Shown here in pieces: positions 55,164-64,000 of a DNA stretch of 64,000 nucleotides (the first letter of the stretch is position 1; each line of letters begins with the position of its first letter). The notes below the pieces were generated by a model. The model ran no database searches, was not told where the DNA came from, and worked only from the letters and a program-made list of their open reading frames with translations. Where the stretch lies: contig CM082586.2 in assembly GCA_040954595.2 (NCBI GenBank), positions 8,773,337-8,837,336 of the forward strand. Direction: 5' to 3'. The DNA comes from Balanoglossus misakiensis (Eukaryota > Animalia > Hemichordata). Both the position numbers and the translations under genes were made by a program.

Positions 55164-58100
55164 TTAAAAGCGACAGCTGACATTATTCTACAAACTTTTT
55201 ACAACGATAATTTGCATGCATGAGCAGCCAGCTACAGTAGGGGTTACATTCAACATTTTCTAGTTAGTATGTACATGAGTTATGGCGTCTGGTAACAGTA
55301 GAGCTGCCATTAGTGAAGAGTGACACGTCCACACACACACACACTGGCAGAGAGACTTCAACCATGACTGTGATATATAGTGGGTCATATGTCAGGTGAA
55401 GGCCTCAGTCTCACATTTATGTGCTTTCAAAGTTTATATACCACTACCAGATAAGGTCTATTGATTTGTTCCAACATTTAACATTTTTCTGCCCTTTGGT
55501 TGCTAAGGTGATTTGGAATGTTTTTATGTTCACGGCGTTTGTTATGCCATTTGGCAACTCCTGGCGATAAAACCACAGTAATACTGAGTCACAAAGGACA
55601 GATGAACTCTTAAAATTTTAATGAACTGACAGACCAAGTTTCTAACCTATTAAAACACTCATTTCAGTCATAGTACCAGACTTGATTCACTGTTGGTTGG
55701 CAAGGACCAGCTAGTATCAATTATTATACAATTGCATATCAATCTAAAAACAGGTATAAGTATTTGATAGTATGGTGTAAAAGGAAAAAACTTTACAAAC
55801 TTAAGTAAACAAATGGGGAGTGTATTTGGTCAAAGTCTAGCCTACAGTACAATCATTCTGGCCTAAATTCACAAGCACAGTACACAATGGATAATACTAA
55901 CAAAGTTGAGCAATTCTATACACCACATGGGGTGATCTTTCCAATATATGTCCTCATAATACATCTCAGTGTTTTACTTCTATAAACGTTATTGAACATT
56001 ATACTGTCAGCAGTTCTGCCAAATAACCAACAACACTTCAAGTAATCTGACTTCTTATGGTGTATTTCAATATAGATAGATTTCTATAAAACAGCTTTTA
56101 ATCGATTCAATAGATCTGTTTCTGTGCCCTTTTAAACTGTTTTTATTGAAACATTTAGTCAACTAATACATACTGACATAGTTTCACATTTTAACTCATT
56201 CATATGATGAGACAAATGTATAAGAAACTTAAACTTGATAAATTACATGCATTATATTTACAATACACAATATTTCACACTTTTGTTCATCTTGACTTGC
56301 TAACAAAAGGCTTGTGAGAAGAAGGTATTTTTCTCTGCTTTTATGATTTAAAATACTATCATATCTGGTTAGATAATAATCATCACATTTTTATAAATTA
56401 AACAAAGAATTAAATATAATTACAACTATGATTATTACGGCATTATTGCAGCAGTGTTTAATTTTCAGAAGTGAAGCTAGTGGAAATAAGACAAACAGAT
56501 ATTTGGAAATCAAATATCTTGCCTTTAAATAAAAAAGAATGAACAGATTTATAAATTGAAGCTCTCTGAGATACAAACAGCCAAGGTCAAGAAACAAACG
56601 AACACATTTAAAAATAGTTATAGCGATTGATTATGTGGAAATCAATATTTTCATGATGAAATCTCAAAAAGCAGCAAAGTGTTTAACTAAATAATACAAC
56701 CGTATCACGAGTGAAAATAACTTATGGACGGCACAGCTCGAGCGCTGAGGGAGTTGTCATATTATTAAATATGTGCGTAGTCAACAACAACACTGACCTT
56801 TATTGCACAATCTTGTCTCCTTGGAGATTATTTTATTTTGACAATGTTCACTTGAACCCTCCCAAAATTCTCACGACAAACAAATATTCATAGAACTGAG
56901 ACACAATCTCAAGAAAATGTCATTGCTCTGACAGAGAAATTTATGCATTAAACTTAAACAGAAATAACAAGATCGCGTATTTAGTGTTAAGGTCAGGTCG
57001 GGGGACAGGTAAATCTTGGAAATTTGATCCTGGTACCAAGGTAGGAACATGAGCTACATTTGTTTTGAACTAACCCACTGTATACAAGCGGGGTTCACAG
57101 GTTGTGTCACTCTTGTATCGGTATAGGTTTCAAGTAAACTGCAAATAACCAATGTGGACACACTTTGTCAGATCAGACTCACTAGTTTTAGGTTTGGCTA
57201 TAAATTGAAGTGTTGGCCACATTACTGTCCTGAAGTCAGTTGAGCTTGGACTTGATTTTGAGAGAAAACACTGGTAAATAATTACACTGTGATCATGAGC
57301 CGCGCACTGACCTTAAACCGAAACCATAAGTAATCTTAGAGTGGGCAAAGAGCAATGCTATTAAAGAGGATTATTTCAGCCACGATCAGGTGCCGGTAAT
57401 ACATGGAAAGAACACAATTGCGATCAACACTGGTACAGACGACAGACAACAAATAACGTGCAAAGTTGAGGAGGAATTACTGACTAAATCAACAATATGC
57501 TTATATCCATGGTCTGGTTCATAAACAGTATCTGACCTACAGGCTACACCAAGCACTTTGGCTGGTCACTGCCTCTTTTACCACAGGTGCCACTGTGACC
57601 ACATATGTACCAGATGTACAGGTTCTCTTGAAGCCAAAATTACCTATCTCCAGTTGTTAGCCTTCAATGGACCTTTAAGTGAATAGATTCAATGGACCAT
57701 AGTCAGACCATTAAAATGGCCCAACAAAGCTATGGACATGTTAATCTTCACGATTGTAAATTCTATTTATTTCCCATTCAGCCACTACAGAAAGTTTTTC
57801 ATCAGTACAACAAGTGCAATACACTTGTTCACTTCATTCAGTAGTAATAATAGACTTCTCAGCTTGAATATTGCTCTCTAAGTTGTGTGCTTATGAATGC
57901 TAGAGGTGGATCATTGTCTGATCCACATGGCTTGGCTATGGTCAGCCTGTAACACATCTTCCTAACACCAACCTGTTGCATGAAACCATTCAATTGCATC
58001 TCACTCATTTTGCTAACATGGCAACAGTTTCATGGCAACCATCATCATTTAGAAAAACGGTCATGAAATCAATTTGAAAACAGATATGCTATCCAATGTG

Positions 58101-58221
58101 TACCAGCAGACTGTCAGGGATAGGAATTATTCCAAGCAAAACCTGGGTTTTTTAATAACACAACTCTTTCATTGCCAATTAATTTAATCCCTCTCACGAT
58201 ACCTAATATTTATAAGGACCA

Positions 58222-58452
58222 CCACTTCCATGCTGTTTGCAGGATATGAGAGTAAAAAAATCGCCAAAATGAATAAACGGTAGAGACTGATTATTCATTT
58301 TGGCGAGAATTTCACTCTTGTGTGTACAAGTGGGATGGAAGTTGTGCGTGGTTGAACATTGATTCACAATATATCCACATGTACATTAACATAAACACTT
58401 GTATCAAACATAATTAGTGGAAAAAGGGCAGCGAGAGAGAGTCTTTGTCCCT
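58222..58452. mobile_element. Kolobok-like MITE, partial copy 4
   Basis: Core and right arm ending ctttgtccct|ttaa. Confidence 0.8.
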
Positions 58453-59493
58453 TTAATAATGCAGCTAATAAAGCACACATTCCCTGAACATGTACAGTGC
58501 TGTATCAGGAGTTACATGATTGGCTACTCCAAACGTCTCAAGCCAAGTACATGATTGTGACTGTCAATCTGTGTATCTATAGTCACATTATTCCATCCAT
58601 GTTGAAAATACACATGTAACCAATTGATGGTAAAATCAATCAGACACATGTCAAAATCTTGTAAAATTTACAAACACATGGGAAAATCCTTCATAGTCTG
58701 TTATCCTTATCATTATCAACTCCACTTCTTTAAGCTGCAAAAATCCAATTTTATGCTCAAAAACAACAGATTTGGACTGAACCATGGTGGTGACAGAATT
58801 TAGGGGAAAGCATATCCAAACATAACTCCAACCACCCGCCAATCACAGATAGTTAACTTAATCATTACCAGTTAAAACAAAAAACAATTCTCCATAACTG
58901 GTTCTATTGTTTGTTACACACCCATCTGTCAGTGTCACCAACAACAGTGATGAGGATCTGACAGTGTGATGTAGAACCACTGTATGTGTGGTAAAGGAAA
59001 GCCACATTGACAGGGATACAATAGCTTCCAACAGCGTTTTCACACGAAATTAAAATTGACAGGAAAGCATGTTACCATGACAACCAATCATGCAAACCAT
59101 ATGCAACCACAGCAAAAATAATGTATATGCATATCTTTATAGCCTGGTCTCACATTAAATAAGCATCAGACTTAAAAGATCATGTAACATTCCCAAACTC
59201 TAATAATAATCAGATTATGAAAAATTCCTTGTGAGGTGCACACGGGTCTTTCACACAAACTTCTACCAAAATCATTGATTTAATATTTGAATACAAATGA
59301 TTCTCTTTTTCATGGTCTTTACAGGTGTGACAACTTATTAACTGTGTCCTCTAAGTGTGTAACTCATAAGCAGATGATCAGAAGTCCACCAAATTTTCAC
59401 ACTTGTAATTTCATACTAAACACATACCCTAGTTCTAAAGAGTGTCTTAGAATTTTTTTTAACATTGTTGGAATTAAAATTATTACAATTTAA

Positions 59494-59817
59494 CCCTCTT
59501 CCTGCCAGGGGTGTTACATGTCACACTAACCAGCAGTTAAAATGTGGTATTGGCCTTTTTTTCCACTGAAACATATTTGAACGCCTTGGCATGGCTCATA
59601 TACATGAAATTATGTCCTTAGACCGTAGCTTGGCAGTTTGAACCCCCATACATGTAAAATGTACCAAATCTTACTGGTAATATCACTGGTTTGGCTGTGG
59701 GTCTTGTATAGGCCCTACTGATTAACACGATCTTGGCAGCCTAAACAGGCCTGGGTGCCAGGATTCTAAGGCACTCTGGAAATCAAACCAATTTCAATCG
59801 ACTTGGCAGGGTTAGGG
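59494..59817 (-). mobile_element. piggyBac-like MITE, diverged inverted copy 3
   Basis: ttaa|ccct ... ttaggg|ttaa; right part is the reverse complement of the start of 54860. Confidence 0.8.
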
Positions 59818-60894
59818 TTAAAGAAGATAACTATATGAGTATAACAAAGATGACCTTGACCATCAGTTATGCACGGCAACATTATGCTTTTTCATACAAA
59901 CTTTAAATCAGTCATTTTAAGATTGCAGAAAAAATTACACTTCAAATAAAATTAAAAAATGACACATTTTGGTGACAATAAATAATTTAGAGCTTTGCCT
60001 TGATGTATAGTTGGTTGGTGTAAAAATCCTTTGATAGAAAACAAACTACCTTTATTTTTTAAATATGGGATTCACTATTCCACGTATCCTATCAGACCAA
60101 CACTAGTAAGAAAGTATTTAACTTGAACAGCAGCAAATGAGGATAACTATGGTAAACTCTTTCCTCCAATATGATTTGATGGGTTAAACACAGAAATGTC
60201 TATATCCATTACACACTAGTTTTATGAACATATGTTTACATTTGTGATAGCCACTGATAGTCACAAAATCCAGAACAAAATAATTACTGTTGTAATTTGG
60301 CCTAAAGGAAAAAAAAATAGTTGTAGTTTTAGTTCAATGTTACATATAACCAATTTACATTAGGCCTTTTCGACTGGAAATGCAATGCAAAAAGTATGAC
60401 TAATTCTATAGAAGAGTAAACAGATAACAGGTACTAGTGTTGAAACACCAGCTACCTAGTGAACCCAGATCGATATCTTTACAATGTGTTGGTAACAATG
60501 CCACGCAAATTACTTGAGAACACCGCTGAGTATGGCCATATTTAACCCTGCATGGCTGTGTTTCCATGGCGGGGACTCGTTCGTTTACATTTTAATGGTT
60601 ACAATATAATCTCTTTCGTACTGGTAAGATTTTTTAAAAGATTTTACTAAAACATTGGTACTAACAGTTCTTTTGACTACGTTTCTACAAAACTACGAAT
60701 GTTTGCATTCACGACTGACTCTTTGACAACGTCCAACAAAATGTATAATACGTTGTCAAAGCTGTCGACTTGTGAAAATGTTGACGGTGAAGTAACAGCA
60801 TGAACAGAATTATGAGTATGACGAAAAGCGTTCATCAATTTAGCCAAGACACTGACAGTTGAAGAATGATCAGAAAATGGGAAAAAAATCTTAC

Positions 60895-60947
60895 GTTTTA
60901 CTGGTGTGCTCTGCAGCCGTGTAGTGCGTGTAATTAAAACTGCTCAT
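60895..60947 (-). CDS. DYRK4: DYRK4 initiator exon coding part (MSSFNYTHYTAAEHTSKT); exon probably spans 60895-60993
   Basis: ATG at 60947, AC|gtaaga phase-2 donor matching exon 53582, strong polypyrimidine acceptor ttctaatgttttcag at 60994. Confidence 0.7.
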
Positions 60948-61728
60948 GATCTTTCTACAGCGTTTCTTCTATCATCATTTCAAGACATCTCCTCTGAAAA
61001 CATTAGAAATTAGAAAAATAAAATATTCTGCATGGGTCATAACAGTGCAAACTCGATTTTCTAACTTGGCAGGTTCTATACACATAATTTTATCGCGAAA
61101 TACGCTTTGTATGCCGACACTGGTGTGTATGAACGGTACACCATTGATATCGACAGTGTACTTTTTTGTATGGTATCGTTGTGAACTTCGGTCAGCCTGG
61201 AGAATGCACCAAAACAAACTGGGTCATCGGTTTGTTCGAAGTGTCGGAGGGAATATATGTCTACTGCTTTCTCGTAAACTATTACGTTTGTCCCTCAGAA
61301 CAAAACCCTGATCAATTACAAATCATAATATTGTACAGGCGTCGACACAGCTTTAGTCCTGGCACTGGACTCTCAATTTACACATTTCTACCCGGTGAAG
61401 GCGGTGATCGTGCAAGAACGATCAAATGTCACACTCTCACTGTCAAAATAAATACGAAGTTGGTGGCGGTGATGAAATACAGTTATTCCAACTAAACGTT
61501 GTCAAAACTTCCTGCTATACACTCTTAACGATCTTCTGTTTTAAGGACAACAACGTGATTTTTTCCGACAGCAACAGCATAATCAACACAAATCTTCACA
61601 CACCTTGAATGAGTTCAGCACTCTTCACTCAGACTGTCTGACAACTCTCAGGTTCCGAGTTTATACTGTCTGTCGTGTCGGTTGGATCAGTGGCGATCGC
61701 GGATGGATTGTAGTTGATCAAGGCTTAC

Positions 61729-61850
61729 CCTATTTCCCGGACTGTCCGCGATCTAGTCTACTGTTGCAAAACGGACGGGAAGTAAAAACAAAATCCCCCA
61801 TTGATTCCAAGTAGGCGAAGATCTCTCTCTACACGTCGCCTTTCGACCGA
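61729..61850 (-). other. probable non-coding first exon of DYRK4 (upper boundary approximate)
   Basis: AGG|gtaagc donor at 61728 inside a CpG-rich segment, upstream of the acceptor at 60994. Confidence 0.45.
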
Positions 61851-62000
61851 ACGTACCTGTTGTAGACAGCGAGTTCACGACTCGTGTCACGTGATACAGA
61901 TTACCCAATAAAAGAAAATGGCTGTTCGTTTACTTGGACGCACTCCTACCTCTGGTTTCTATGGGTACACAGCAAGCGCAGCTCAGAGGCGCTAATTGTT
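61850..62000 (-). promoter_or_regulatory. probable main DYRK4 promoter
   Basis: Locally CpG-rich; E-box GTCACGTGAT 61886-61895, CCAAT 61905-61909, X-box-like GTTTCTATGGGTAC 61955-61968. Confidence 0.45.
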
Positions 62001-62197
62001 TTCTGTACAGTGCATGCATGGGAAATCACAACAGTTCGCGATGTGAAGACGCAACATTCGGATCATGATCACGCTAAATGTTTCTCAGTTGAAATCATTC
62101 CTTTGCATGATCTGGTTTCCGGGGATTTACAATGTTACCAAACATGATGGCGAATCTACTTGGTACTAAACACATCAGAGACACTTTCGCCTAAGTA

Positions 62198-62317
62198 CAA
62201 TCTGATTAAAATCAGATGTAGGGTAAGGCGGCGTCTTTTACTTTATACGCGGTACGGTATACTTATGACAACATAAAACGGCGTCGTCATACCCGTCAAA
62301 TGATTTTAAACAGATTG
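62198..62317. mobile_element. internally deleted sibling of the 2726-3452 MITE
   Basis: caatctgattaaaatcagatgtagggta ... tgattttaaacagattg. Confidence 0.7.
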
Positions 62318-62668
62318 GCATAAGCCTACCCTAAATAACCTCGTTATATTTTTAAGTCTCTCCCCAAAAATGAAAACGAAAACGTTGCAGCTCCCCCCCC
62401 CCCCCCCCCCCACATGGAGTCTAAACCTAATTATGTAGGCCCTAACACAGCCGTGGATTACAGGTACGGTTACTAGAATCTCGGTCACTCCACACAAAAT
62501 GACGTAGGATGTGATTTTCTGCCGAAACTTGATTTTTCGAAGAGACGACTCGTAGGTTACAATCTTTCATCGAATGTTTAGTCTAAGGCTGCCTACAAAC
62601 AGAGTGGAGGCTGTGCACAGTTGTTTCAACTTGCGAAACAACGTAGACAACCTTTCGTACCAAACTAA

Positions 62669-62859
62669 GGGACTGGTCAGTTTCTTCGGCGTGGGGGCGG
62701 GGGGCGGGGTGGTGGATTCTATATCAAAAAGTGACTGACCCCCCTTCATTGAACAAGGAAAAGTGGGCGACCCCCCCCCCCCCCCATCACCCAATACCAA
62801 AACAGAGTGACCTCCCCCATGAATCCACCGGCCCCAGGCCGAAGGAACTGACCAGTACC
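62669..62859. mobile_element. PIF/Harbinger-like MITE
   Basis: taa|gggactggtcagtttcttcggc ... gccgaaggaactgaccagtacc|taa, 3-bp TAA TSD. Confidence 0.8.
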
Positions 62860-64000
62860 TAATTTCACAAGGAAAAGTCAAGACAGAGTAACTGTCCCCT
62901 TAACATCAATACCTCTGCAACGGTAGGCCTTGGTTTACTTTTGACTTGTTCCACTATCTACTGTGTATCATACATTTGTTTATTTGTACCAGAAAATTTC
63001 CACACTGTCTGTCAAACAGCAGCAAGCCACAGTCCCTCAAAAGAGGGAGAGACAGATACAGAAAGAGACAGACGGCTAGACAGACAGACGGGGAGACAGA
63101 CATACTGAGAGTGAGACACGTACCGATAATACTACCTGTAGTCCCGGTGATGGCACGCTCATGAGAAATAGTTAACCGCATGTAAGTTTCTAAAAATCAC
63201 CACGGAGAAGATGATTTGATTGTGAGACTTCATACCAGTGTTTTCCAGTCTGAGAGTTAATCTCGGCGATCCAGTCTGCATGTATAAGTATTTGACGGAA
63301 TCGATATTTTGAAGTTTTAGACTAAAGGTAAATTAATTCGCCCAGAAATTTCAATGACAAGTAGCAAAAAGACATGAATGCATGCGTGGCCATAGTTGCA
63401 ATTCGGCCTTAACGTTGGTCTGAGCTATATCACACATCCCCCACGTTTTTCAGGAGTCATAATAAATTAAATGCAAATGCGGAGAAGGCAAAACAGATGA
63501 CAACAGTAGTTTTGGACGGAAAGTCGAATCCTCATTTGGAAAATTATGTTTGAATTGTTGAATGATTATATAAGAAAGGTTACCATGAAAACGAACTGCG
63601 CGAATGACTGCCTGGGGGGCACCATGCACTTTCTCAAAAAAAAAAAAAAAAAAAATAGATCAGCCCTGTGCACTTACGCGCACACATTACACATATAAGC
63701 AGGTATATAGAAACATTTGACAGAGAATTTCCAATTTTTGTCCACAAAAAGGGTGAACGATAATATACATTCCGCTGTAAACTTGAAGATGCATGGATCT
63801 TAGGTTCGATGTTTAAAAATCCACTATCTGTGAGTTTTAGCTATATTTTTCAGTATTTTTATTCTGTTTTTGGACCAATAAAAAACGTTCTGTTCCGATC
63901 ACCAGACCTACCCTAATTTTAGCCCGCCGACCCTAAACCTTTTTAGGGCTTCGTAAACCGGAAGTAAAAATAATGTTAAATATAGGCCTACACAAAATTT

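Noticed and set aside
60975-61217. 80-aa upstream ORF of DYRK4
   Set aside because: It starts at TTG and lies mostly in the predicted 5' UTR intron above acceptor 60994.

Overview
AT-rich eukaryotic (animal) genomic DNA. The repeat landscape suggests an invertebrate deuterostome such as a hemichordate or echinoderm, but this is inference. Almost the whole window is one minus-strand gene, a DYRK4 orthologue (class 2 DYRK kinase). I reconstructed 14 coding exons by hand from GT-AG junctions and codon phases. They run from ATG 60947 to TAA 8146 (1980 nt, 659 aa), with a probable non-coding first exon and CpG-rich promoter at about 61.7-62.0 kb. A 29.6-kb intron (23841-53494) holds several candidate alternative ATG-first exons that all splice in phase 0. 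The introns are full of non-autonomous DNA transposons, several of them nested: P-like foldbacks with 7-bp TSDs, Kolobok-like and piggyBac-like TTAA MITEs, and Tc1-like, Harbinger-like and hairpin-headed elements. The most striking structure is a 5.06-kb Helentron/HINE-like block (44907-49970). It has four bodies and four terminal hairpins arranged like nested brackets, which suggests repeated insertion of the element into itself, and it carries 13 perfect DR1 and 6 perfect DR1+DR4 nuclear-receptor motifs. I found no RNA genes, CRISPR arrays or transposase ORFs.
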